From the NCBI RefSeq assembly GCF_009914755.1, contig NC_060928.1: a stretch of DNA of 64,000 bases; one strand, given 5' to 3'. A program made the translations under genes and the position numbers. Every line of letters starts with the position of its first letter. Position 1 is the first letter of the stretch. Below, one piece after another: positions 1 to 12,330 of this stretch. The stretch comes from the human T2T-CHM13v2.0 reference genome, Homo sapiens. The notes below the pieces were generated by a model. It was not told the DNA's origin and made no database searches. It saw nothing but the letters and a program-made list of their open reading frames with translations.

Positions 1-211
1 AGAAATGTTTTCACTTCTCTCTCAAGCCTACATGGCTTTCTGAGTACACATTCTACTAATAATTAATCTCCAGTTGTTTCTCCTGGTTAAGTGTTTATCT
101 CTTAAAGTCCAGCATGCCAAGCTCAGCCAAAGAGCTAGAGATAGCAGAAAAAAATTATAACAGCTTATTTTATCATAAATAGTCCCACAGACAATTTTGG
201 CAACTATCCCA

Positions 212-610
212 CTCTCCTCAGGCTACCATCACAAAATACCATAGAGTGAGCGGCTTAAACAACAGAAATTTATTTCTTACAGTTCTGGAGGCTGGAAGTC
301 CAAGATCAAAGTACTAGCTTGATTCAGTTCTCAAGAGGATACTCCTCCTGACTTTCAGATGGCCGTCTTCTCACCGTGTCTTCACATGGCCTTTCTTCTG
401 TTAGTACATGCAAAGAGAGAAGAGAGAGAGAGAGATCTAGAGTCTTCTTATAAAGTCATTAGTCTTGTCACAAAGGCCCTATTATCAGGACCTAATCTAA
501 CCCTAACTACTTCCCAAAGACCGCATCTCTAAATACCATCACTTTTGGAATTAGGGTTTCAATGTATGAATTTGAGGGGGTGGGAGGACACAAACATTCA
601 GTCCATATCA
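212..610 (-). mobile_element. MaLR solo LTR (MLT1A/B-like)
   Basis: Typical MLT1 motifs: 'ggcttaaacaacagaaatttatttcttacagttctggaggctggaagtccaagatcaa' and the terminus 'acacaaacattcagtccatatca' (reverse complement of the MLT1A 5' end). Internal (GA)n run at ~414-434. Confidence 0.85.
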
Positions 611-2969
611 GCCACCCTATGGTTGGTTCCAAAGTTGTCAAAACTAACAACTGATTTGGGGATCCTACTTTAATTCAGAATTATAAGCTTCCTCATGTGT
701 TCTGAGTGTGACAGGAGTCATAGGTGGAGATTTCTTGTTACCAGTTTAATTTTAGGCGTATAGTAGCCCCTCCCAGTCTTGATAATACAGAAATACATAT
801 CTGAAATCATCACAGTCTTGGGTCATGATGAATCTTTGTTAGCTGTGGGTATTCTTGTAGACTTCAGATTAGGACCTGATGCAAGAATAGCAGCTGAAGA
901 GGTAGATGGCCAGATAAAAATAATGGATTGAACATACACATATCTAATTTCTCTCATTCCTAAAACTACATAAAAATATTTTTAGAAGACATACACTAAA
1001 ATATGTGGAAAAGAGAAAAAATTAACAACATTTTTCGGCAGTTGGTGCCAAAGGAGGAATAAACTAGATTTTCTTATCAGCTTATCCAGATGTAGGACAG
1101 AGGGGAAGGGCAGGGATGGAACTTGAAAGCTATCTGCCCTCAAACATCAATAATAGGATCAGACTGTTTATTAAAATCTAGTATACTGAATTTTGAAATG
1201 GCAAGAATTATACCTAGGAGAGAAAAATCTTATTTTTGGAGACTGTAAATTCTAAGTTGATGAAAAATTTATTTGGGGATATTATCTTCTTGAGATTCTA
1301 TGACTATAATCTTGTATGATAAATGAGGCAACTTAGAAACATTCATTTATCTCAATTCCTACATTAAACAAAGATGGTTTTAAATGCAGACTCTTGAATG
1401 ACTATTATAATTTGCTTTGTACAGCAGCTAATACTGCCTTAGTGTTATAAGAGTTAAATAATAACTAAATAAGATGAACATTTTTACCACTTTTTCAGTT
1501 CCAAATCAAGTGAATTCCCAATAACTTGAGAGATTAAGCAAATGTAAACTGAGTTTCATTTGTATAAAACCAATCTGGGTAATTCAGGAAATGTACTTTG
1601 TAGCTTGCTATGAAGATGTCTTTACATTTGACAGTTCTCAGACATCAGTTGTAACAGAATGTTGTACTTTCAATATTAATTTGACAATGTTTTGAATTAC
1701 TGCTCATTTTTGCATAATATTTTATTTACGCCTGAAAATATACCTTTGTCTCATAATTACAAGATGGTCAGCTAAAAGTTCTGTTTTCAAGTGTACCAAA
1801 CAGTGGCCAATACACTTCCTTCTGAGAAAAAAAGGAATCACACAGATATCCTTAAAATAACACCTTCTAAGTGTTAAAAGTAGAGTCAAGTAAATAAACA
1901 CACATCTTTACTAGTGTCCTTTTAGGGACTTTTTTTATCTTTAAAAAATGTTTTAAATTTAAATATTATGGCTATAATACCAATTGATAGCTGTCTGAAA
2001 TCCTACAATAGGGAAACTTTTGATATGAAAATTGACAATGCTACAAAAGAGTGTACCTAGATCCAGCTAATGGTATGGTCTATATTTCGCAATATTTCCT
2101 AAAGAAGGATTAGATCAGGCATATGTGTGCTGTATCTGCAAAAATCTGGAGAAGATTGGTAATACCCTACCCCCAAAATCTGTGTGTTAGGTTAAAAACC
2201 ACTTATGCAGATGGATCTGATTCTGCTGATTCATCATTCCCATTGTCATTACACAGATGGTTCTAAGGTGAGTTAACAATTTAAGGCGATGTCTACTTGG
2301 GGTTACCAGATCTCCTGTGCTGTCTTGAAATAATCATTTAGTCAAGTTCCATGTGGCTAATAAAGCAGCATAACAACACACCCATACACTGACAATGCAA
2401 ACTAAGATGGCACAAGTGCCAGCCTTAACAAGTCTTCAGATTAGTATTGCTTTTAATAAATAAACAGAAAATTCTCACCTCTTTAATACTTTGGTTAGAC
2501 AATTCTATAAAAATGCAGATCTCATTAATTTTCCATTATACTCTTAGTAAATGGTACATTGAAGAGAAAATTCTTTTCTGTACGTGCTTCATTGCAACTA
2601 ATGTACTTGGTGCTGTTTTTTGTGATTGCTATTTATTTAACTAATTCTTACTAAGGATGCCATGGATAATTTTCTTTTTCTTTATTCTCCATTTTTTAGC
2701 AATATAGTGGGATACAGAGCCCTTTTGCTTTCTGACTTCACACACAGTGCAGGTGTTTTAGAATGCAGATTGAAACTAATCACTGGGAAAGAAGTGAAGA
2801 GATAATATGCTAAATATGTGAATCTGACTGTTCACAGAGACTGTATTACAAAATTGAATGCAATAAAGTAATTACTGGTTTGTCTGATAATTTTGCACCA
2901 ATGATTAATGATGAACTAAAATCAGAAGCAAACGATTGTAACAGCTTCCCTCAATAAAAACCACACTTA

Positions 2970-3125
2970 ATTTTTTTTCTTACATGTACTTAGTAAAGAA
3001 ATTGTGGAAAACACAAAATATAAAGAGAAAATCCAGGTGATAAAATTCTATCATCTAGAAATATCTACTATTAACATTTTGGAATTTTATATCCAATAAC
3101 ATTGTTACTTTTTATGCATGTGTGT
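2970..3125 (-). mobile_element. Old L1M(E) 3'-end fragment
   Basis: Degenerate similarity to ancient L1 3'UTR ('ctactattaacattttgg'). Probably continues at ~10150-12330 beyond the younger insertions. Confidence 0.4.
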
Positions 3126-3351
3126 AAGAATGTATCTCTTAGTGCCTCAGCAGTAGGCACTAGAATTGTGTCCTCCCCATTGCAAGCCTAAAGCAGAAGA
3201 AGAGCTGCTACTGCTGTACTTTCTCCTAGGCTGTAAGACTTCCAAACAGGGCCAGCTTGGCAACCTGGAATTGGTCTGCCTGTGTCATTGCTGGGTGTCC
3301 CAGCCTCCTCTCCTGAGACAGTGGTGCAGCAAGGCCCTTTCCACTCCACCC

Positions 3352-3990
3352 CCAGGAAGGACTCCAGGCATTCAGAGCACACACTTGCCTGCACCAGCAG
3401 CCTGAGTCACCCCCACCCTTCCTGTGCACAGATCAAGGTGCAACAGAGCCTTCTTTACTTCACCTCCAGGCAGATATCCAGGCATTTGGAGCACTTGCTG
3501 TCATGGACTAGCAACCTGAGGCACCCCACCCTTCCTGTGCAGAGATCCTGGTGCTGGAGGACCCTCTTCACCTCATGGCCAGACAGATCTCCAGGAATTC
3601 AGAGCAACCACTCATCTCAATCAACAGACCGTGCTGCTCCATCTTTCCTGTGCAGAGATTGTGGTGAAGCAGACCCTTCTCTACTCCTGCCCAGGCAGAT
3701 CTCCAAGAACTTAGAGCCTTGCTCACACAAATCAGCAGCCTGAGCTGGCCCACCCTCCCTGTGCAGAGTCTATAGTGAAGCGGGACCCTCTCTACCCTAT
3801 GACCAGGCATAACTCCAGGCAGTTGGAGCGCATATTAGGCTGGATTATAAACCTGAACAGCCACACCATTCCTGTGCAGATTGAGGTGCAGTGGGTCCCT
3901 CTAGACTCTACACTCAGGCAGATCTCCAGGCATTTGGAGCAACCACTTTCCTGGGTTAGGAGTTTAGGCTGCTCCCCTGACCATGCAGAA
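3352..3990 (+). repeat. Tandem array of ~6 diverged ~112-bp units in the L1 5'UTR
   Basis: Units 'ccaggcagatctccaggcatt...cctgtgcagag...' start at 3352, 3466, 3579, 3691, 3803 and 3914 (spacing 111-114 bp). Confidence 0.9.
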
Positions 3991-4351
3991 AACTTGAGGC
4001 CAAGGAGGTGTCCTAGCTCCATACCTAGGCACACCTCTTGGTGATGGGTGGCTGCCCACTGGATTCTCCCTCAGCACCAGGGCTTGTGCCTTACACTGGG
4101 GAATCTATAGGTGGTCCTGCTCAATCCCACCTTGTCCATCTTGCTCCCTGCCCACTTCCAGGATGAGCAAGGAGCCCAGACCACTGTGCACTCCAACAAC
4201 AAGACCACTGCCTGATGAAACTGAGAGCGTGCCCTGGTAAACAAGGATCAAGTATATACTCAGCCACATTCACCTCAGCGGCTCTCATCCATAAGCACCA
4301 TCTACTGACTTATAAGTCAAACCACACAGCTCAATATAAAACACTCCAAAA

Positions 4352-4674
<323 letters not shown>

Positions 4675-5899
4675 CTATAGAAGCAAAGCCAAAGTATTCT
4701 ACCCAGAATTTTCTACAGTCACACTACCTAGAGCACAGCAGAAAGGGAAAGGAAAATAAACAAACAAAAATTCAATAATATTCTAGATAAAGAAAGAAAA
4801 GGGAAAAACAATTTGCATGAAAATAACTATAAAAATTAGAAGTGCCAGCATTTCCAAATGAGAAGGAATCAGTGTAAGAATTCTTGTACAATGAAAAATC
4901 TGAGTGTAGTGACATCACCAAAGGTTCACACTAGTTCTCCAGTAATGGGCCCTAGACAAAATGGAAACTCAGAAATTCCATAAATAATTCAAAGCATAGA
5001 TTGCAAGGAAGCTCAATGAGATCCAACCTAAGATTGAATATCAACACAAAGAAATTTATAAATCAATCCAGAAAAAGAAATAAGAGATAAACATCTTTGA
5101 AAATTAAATCAGAGCCTCTGGAATTGAAAAATTCACTCAAGGAATTTCAAAATGCAATTGAAAGTTTTATCAACTGACCAAGCAGAAGAAAGAATTTCAG
5201 AATTTGAAGACCAATCTTTAACCCAATCAGACAAAAATACAGAAAAAAAGAATTTTAAAATATGAAGTTTTTGAAAAATAGGAGACTATGTAAAGTGACC
5301 AAACCTATGAATTATTAACATTCCTGAGAAAAAAGAAGAAAAAGCAAACAACCTGTAAAACATGTTTGAGGGAATAATTTAAGAAAATTTCCCTATCTGG
5401 CTAGAGAGGTAGATATCCAGATACAAGAAATCCAGATAACACCTGCGAGATACTGTACAAAATGAACATTACCAAGGCATATAGTCACAAGACTATACAA
5501 AGTCAACACTAAATAAATGAATCTTAAAGGCAGCTAAAGAAAAAGGTCAGATCACATACAAAGGGAACTACATTTAGCTAACAGCAGATGTCTCAGCAGA
5601 ATTCTTATAAGCCAGGAGAGACTGGAGGCCTATTTTCAGCATTCTTTAAAAAAGATATTTCAATAAAGAATTTTATATCCCACCAAATTAAGCTTCATAA
5701 GTGAGGGAGCATAAAATATTTTCCACACAAGCAAGTGCTAAGACCACTAGACCAGCCTTACAAAAGATCTTTAAGGGATCTCTAAACATAGAAACTAAAG
5801 AATGATACCTCCTACCACAAAATCATACTTAAGTACATAGCCCACAGACCCTATAAAGCACACACAGTAGAAACTACAAAGCAACCAGTGAACAACTTC

Positions 5900-8800
5900 A
5901 TGATAGGATTAAAACCTCACATATCAGTATTAACTTTGAATGTGAATGGTCTCAATATCCCACTTAAAAGGCACAGAGTTGCAAGTTGGATAAAAAAAAA
6001 CAAGACCCATCCTTCTGCTGTATTCAAGAGACCCATCTGACATGTAACAATACCCATAGGCTCAAAGCCAAGTGTTGAAGAAAGATCTAGCATGTAAACA
6101 GAAAACAAAAAAGAACACAGGTTGCTATTCTTATATCAGATAAAGACTTTAAACCAACACTGGTTAAATTTTGAATAAAGAAGGACATTACAAATGATAA
6201 AGAGTTAAAGTCAACAAGAAGCCTTAAATATCCTAAATACATATGCACCCAATGTTGGAGCACCCTGATTCATGAAACTTCTTCTAGACCTATGGAAAGA
6301 CTTAGCCACACAATAATAGTGGAGGACTTCAACACCTCATGGACAGTGATAGATAGATAATCTATTTAACAAATAAATTCTGGGCTTAAAACTAACAAAG
6401 AAACTCTGGACTTAGATTTGACACTTGATCAATTGGATCTAATAAACATCTGCAGAACACTCCACCCATCAACCCTGAAATATATATCCTTCTCATCTGC
6501 ACATGGAACACACTCCAAGATCAACCACATGCTCAGCCATAAGGCAAGTCTCAATAAATTAAAAAAAAATTGAAATCATACCAATGATACTCTCAGACCA
6601 CAGTGGAATGAAAAGAGAAATCAATAACAAGAAGTTTTCCCAAAACTGCAAAATTACATGGAAATTAAACAATTTGCTTCTGAATGACTTTTTATAAACA
6701 GTGAAATTAAGGCAGAAACTTAAAAGTTCTTTGAAATAAGTGAAAACAGAGACATGACATGCCAAAATCTCTGAGACACTGCAAAAGCAGTGTTAACGGA
6801 AAAGCTTATAGCACTAAATGCCTACCTCAAGAAGTTAGAAAGATGTCAAATTAATGACCTAGCATCACACCAAAGGAAATAGAAAAACAAGAACAAACTA
6901 ATCCCAAAGCTAGCAAAAGAAAATAAATAACAAAATCAGAGCAGAACTGAATGAAACTGAGACTCAAAAATCCATACAAAGAGTCAAATAAACCAAAAGT
7001 TGGTTCTATGAAAGGATAAACAAGATCAGTAGACCACTAGCTAGATTAACAAAGAAAACATGAAAGAAGATCCAAATAAGCACGATCAGAAAGACAAAGG
7101 TGGCATTACAACTGATCCCACAGAAATACAAAGATCCTCAGAGATTATATGAACACCTCCATGCACACAAACTGGAAAATCTAGAGAAACTGTATAAATT
7201 TCTGGAAACACACAACCTATCAAGATTGAATCAGGAAGAAATTGAAACCTTGATCAATATTGAGTTCCAAAATTAAATCAGTAATAAAAAAACCTACAGA
7301 ACAAAAAAGCCCCAGACCAGATGGATTCACAGAAAAATTCCATAAGGTGTACAAAGAAGAGCTGGCACCAATTCTACTGAAACTACTCCAAAAACAAAAA
7401 AAATTGAGGAGGGACTTCTTCCTACTTAACTCTTTCTACAAAGCCAGCATTATCCTGATACTCAAACTTGACAAAGACACAACGAAAAAAGAAAACCACA
7501 GGCCAATATCCATGATGAACATAGATGCAAAAAAAGGTAAACAAAACACTAGCAAGCCAAATCCAGTAGCACATCAAAAAGCTAATTCACTATGATCAAA
7601 TAGGCTTCATTTCTGGGATGCAAGTTTGGTTCAAAATATGCAAATCAATAAATGGGATTCACCACATAAACTGAATTAAAAACAAAAAACGTACGACATC
7701 CTAATAGATGTTGAATCAGCCTTCAATAAAATCCAACATCTCTTCATGATAAAAAAAAAACCCTCAACAAACTAGGCATTAAAGGAACATACCTCAAAAT
7801 AATAATAGCCATCTATTACAAACCCACAGGCAACATCATACTGAACAGGAAAAAGGTAGAAGCATTCTCCCTGAGAAATGGAACAAAATAAGGATGCCCA
7901 CTCTCACCACTCATCTTCAACATAGTGCTGAATTCCTAGCCAGAGCAATCAGGCAAGAGAAAGAATAAAATGCATGCAAATAGGAAACGGAGAAATCAAA
8001 CTATCTCTCTTCATGGATGATATGATTCTATAACTGTGAACTCTAAAGACTCCACCAAAAGGCTCCTGGAACTGATAAACAACTTCATTAAAGCTTCAGT
8101 ATACCAAACCAATGTACAAAAATCAGTAGCATTTCTGTACACCAGTAACATTCAAGCTGAAAGCCAAATCAAGAATACCATCCCATTCACAATAGATACA
8201 CACACACAAAAATAAATTACCTAGGAATACATCAAACCAAGAAGGTAAAAGATCTCTACACGGAGAACTACAAAACACTGCTGAAAGAAATCATAGATGA
8301 CACAAATAAATGGAAAAATATTCCATGATCATGGATTAGTAGAATCAAATTATTAAAGCAATTTACAGATTTGTCACTATTCCTATCAAACTACCAATGT
8401 CGTTTTTCACAGAACTAGAAAAGACTATTCTAAAATTCATATGAAACCAAAAAAGAGCCCAAATGGTCAAAACAATTCTAAACAAAAAAGAACAAAGTCA
8501 GAAGCATCTCATTACCCAACTTCAAACTATACTATTATATAAGACTCTAGTAACCAAAACAGCATAGTACTGGTACAAAAAAGAATAGAGAACCCGGAAA
8601 TAGAGCCACACACCTATAGCCATCTGATCTTTGACAAAATCACCGAAAACAAGCAATGGGGAAAGGACTCCCTATGCAATAAATGGTGCTAGGATAGCTA
8701 GCTAGCTTTATGTAGAAGAATGCAGCTAGACCCATGTACAAAAATCAATTCAAAATGGGTTGGAGATTTAAATGTAAGACTGCAAACTACAAGAATCCTA

Positions 8801-9658
8801 GAAGAAAACTTAGGAATACCATTCTGGACACTACCCTTTGAAAAGAATTTATGACTAAGTCCTCAAAAGCAATTGCATAAAAACAAAAATTGGCAAGTGA
8901 GAACCAACTAAAGAACTTCTGAACAGAAAAAGAAACTATCAACAGAGTAAACAGACAACCTCCAGACTGAGAGAAAATATCCACAAACTGCATTGCATTC
9001 AACAAAGTTCCATTATCCAGAATCTATAAGGAATTTAAACAATTCAACATCAGAAAACAACCCCATTAAAAAGTGGGCAAAAGATAGGAACAGATGCTTC
9101 TCAAAAGAAAACATACAAGTGGCCAATAAACATGAAAAAATGCTCAACATTAATAATCACCAGAAGAATGCAAATCAAAACCACAATGAGATACCATCTC
9201 ACATCAGTCAGAATAGCTATTACTAAAAAGTACAAAAACAACAGATACTTGCAAGGCTGCAGAGAAAAGGGAATGTTTATACACTGTTGGTGTGAATGTA
9301 AATTAATTCAGCCACTGTAGAAAGCAGTTTGCGGAACTTAAAGAACTTAAAACAGAACCACCATTTGACCCCCATTACTAGGTGTATACCCAAAATAACA
9401 TAAGTTGTTCTACCCAAAAGACATATACACTTATATATTCATTGCAGCACTATTTACAATAGCGAAGACATGGAATCAACCTAGGTAGCCATCAGTGGTG
9501 AATTGGATAAAGAAAATGTGGTACACATACCCCAAGGAATACTACATGCAATAAAAAATAATGAAACATGAATGCAGCTGGAAGCCATTATTCTAAGCAA
9601 ATTAATGGAGAAACAGAAAAGCAAATACCACATGTTCTCACTTCTAAGTGGGAGCTAA
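5900..9658 (+). pseudogene. Disrupted L1 ORF2 (endonuclease/reverse transcriptase)
   Basis: MIGLKPHISVLTLNVNG start. Many stops and frameshifts. ORF-track fragments 7260-7595 and 9132-9320 match ORF2. Confidence 0.85.
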
Positions 9659-10237
9659 ACTTTGGGTACTCATGGGCATAAACATGCAACAATATACACT
9701 GGGAACTAATAGAGGAGAGAGGAAGGGAAGGAGGGGGGAAAGCATTGAAAACTTGTTAGGTTCAATACTCACTACCTAGGTGACAGGATCATTCATACCC
9801 CAAAACTCATCATCATGTGATATGCCCACGTAACAAACCTGCACATGTATTCCCTTAATCTAAAAGAAAAGTTGAAATTATACAAAAAATGTTAAAAAAA
9901 AAAAAAAAAGTCTAACTTAATCCTAAATCCTTAACCCTAAAAAAAACAAAAAACCAAAAGAAAAAAGAAAAGAGTTCCTTCCCACCTCCTCCTATCCTCA
10001 GTTTTGGTTATCAGTGTAATGTTGAACTCATAGAATGATCTGGGAATTGTTTCCTTCATTTTCTAAAAATTCTCTAAGAATTTTCTTACAATTCCCACAT
10101 CTGTTATTTCTTCGCTACATGTTTGAGAGAATTTACCAGTGGGGGGGAATGTGTTCCTTGCAATATTACCGCATGCTCTTTGTCTGTATATAATATGCAA
10201 ATAGAAGCATGCAGCTAGATTTTACTTTATGTAATGT

Positions 10238-11717
10238 TGAGAGGTGACAGCATGCTGGTGGCCCTCACTCACTCTCGCTGCCTCCTCGGCTTTGGCGCCC
10301 ACTGTGGCCGCGCTTGAGGAGCCCTTCAGCCCGCCTCTGCACTCTGGGAGCCCCTTTCTGGGCTGGCCAAGGCCCAGGCGGCTCCCTCAGCTTGCCGGGA
10401 GGTGTGGAGGGAAATGCACGGACAGAAACCCGGGCTATGCGCGGCGCTTGCGGTGCAGCTAGAGTTCCGGGTGGGCGTGGGCTCGGCAGCCCCAGCACTC
10501 CGAGCGGCCGGCAGGCCAGCAAGCCCCAGGCAGTGAGGGACTTAGCACCTGGGCCAACAGCTGCTGTGCTGGATTTCTCGCCGGGCCTTAGCTGCCTCCC
10601 CGCAGGGCAGGGCTCGGGACCTGCAGCCCGCCATGCCTGAGCCTCCCCGCCCTGCCCTGGGCTCCTGCACAGCCCGAGCCTCCCTGATGAGCGCCGCTTC
10701 CTGCTCCAAGGCGCCTAGTCCCATCGACCGCCCAACGGCTGAGGAGTGTGGGCTCACGGCGGGGGACTGGCAGGCAGCTCCACCGGCTGCCCGGGTGCGG
10801 GATCCCCTGGGTGAAACCAGCTGGGCTCCTGCGTCTGGTGGGGACTTGGAGAACCTTTATGTCTAGCTAAGGTATTGTAAATACACCAATCAGCACTCTG
10901 TATCCAGCTCAAGGTTTGTAAACATACCAGTCAGCACCCTGTGTCTAGCTCAGGATTTGTGAATGCACCAATGGGCACTCTGTACCTAGTCAGTCTGGTG
11001 GGGACTTGGAGAATCTTTATGTCTAGCTAAGGGATTGTGAATGCACCAATCGTCACTCTGTATCTAGCTCAAGGTTTGTAAATGCACCAATGGACACTCT
11101 GTATCCAGCTAATCTAGTGGGGACATGGAAAACTTTTGTATTTAGCTCAGGGATTATAAACGCACCAATCAGCACCCTGTCAAAACGGACCAATCGGCTC
11201 TCTGTAAAACAGACCAATCAGCTCTCTGTAAAATGGAGCAATCAGCAGGATGTGGGTGGGGCCAGATAAGAGAATAAAAGCAAGCTGCCCCAGCTAGCAG
11301 TAGCAATTTGCTGAGGTTCCTTACCCCACCTTGGAAGGTTTGTTCTTTTGCTCTTTGCAGTAAATTTTGCTGCTGCTCACTGTTTGGGTCCACTCTGCGT
11401 TTGTGAGCTGTAACACTCATTGCAAAGGTCTGCAGCTTCTCTCCTGAAGCCAGTGAGACCACGAACCCACCAGGAGGAACCAACAATTCCAGACATGCTG
11501 TCTTAAGAGCTGTAACACTCACCGCGAGGTCTGCAGCTTCACTCCTGAGCCAGCGAGATCACGAACCCACCAGAAGGAAGAAACTCCGAACACATCCGAA
11601 CATCAGAAGGAACAAACTCCAGACAGGCCACCTTTAAAAACTGTGACAGTCACAGCAAGGGTCCGTGGCTTTATTCTGGAAGTCAGCGAGACCAAGAACC
11701 CACCAATTCTGGACGCG
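10238..11717 (+). mobile_element. Solo LTR12C (ERV9/HERV9 LTR)
   Basis: Starts 'tgagaggtgacagc', ends 'accaagaacccaccaattctggacgcg'. 4-bp TSD ATGT (10234-10237 / 11718-11721). CpG-rich U3 and CCAAT tandem repeats. Confidence 0.95.
10860..11285 (+). promoter_or_regulatory. LTR12 enhancer/promoter: CCAAT (NF-Y) repeat array and AATAAA/TATA-like box
   Basis: Repeated ~40-bp units 'tctagct.agg..ttgt.aa..caccaat'; 'ggggccagataagagaataaaagc' (GATA site plus TATA-like box) at ~11258-11281. Confidence 0.7.
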
Positions 11718-11721
11718 ATGT

Positions 11722-12330
11722 TACACCATGTGCATTGTTCAATGCTTATAAATTGCCTTCAAGAACACTGATTTTATGTGACTACATAATCCTCCACTTG
11801 GTCAGTGTGCTACAATTCATTAAACTTTTCTTTCTCATTAGTGGACATTCAATTTGAGCCAAGGCATAAGGTTGAGTTTGTTTGTTATAATGTTTCAATG
11901 ACCGTACTTGTATATAAAGATGTATACTTATCGCCAAGTATTTCTTTTGGACGTAAAGTAGTAGTTTATTGTTATTTTGTCATTATGTACATGTCCAAAT
12001 TTCTTCACAAATGTGTTGCACCAGTTTATAATCCCATCAGCAGTCTATCATATTGTCCTCTGTGCCACATCCTTACCATCATTAAATATTACCTTTTTAA
12101 AAAAGAACTTCAGCAGTGTTATGCAGGGACATAATATAGTATTTCACAGTTATGGTCAATTTTCTATATAATTATAGGTCAGATGTATTTCCCTTTTGTA
12201 AATTTTATCTCTATGTCCTCATCATATTTTTTTATCATGACTTGCTGAATCATTTGTGAATACCATTCAATTCTTAGCACAAGGTTTTTAAAACTGTCTT
12301 AAGTATTTTTAAATTCTATGTGTTTTTTTT
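11722..12330 (-). mobile_element. Old L1ME fragment (host of the LTR12 insertion)
   Basis: Degenerate antisense L1 3'/ORF2 sequence ('gtggacatt', 'gttgcaccagtttataatcccatcagcagt', 'ccacatccttaccatca'). Confidence 0.55.

Noticed and set aside
1430-1441. 'taatactgcct' matching the 5' part of miR-200b
   Set aside because: Only ~11 nt match and there is no complementary hairpin arm.
3352-3990. CRISPR-like regularly spaced repeats
   Set aside because: The whole ~112-bp unit is repeated with divergence, there are no unique spacers or cas genes, and it lies in an L1 5'UTR in primate DNA.
3166-4044. Overlapping ORFs up to 153 aa
   Set aside because: They are by-products of the GC-rich L1 5' tandem array; no recognisable domain.
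10244-11522. Several 70-117 aa ORFs and a CpG-island-like region suggesting a gene start
   Set aside because: Entirely within LTR12C.
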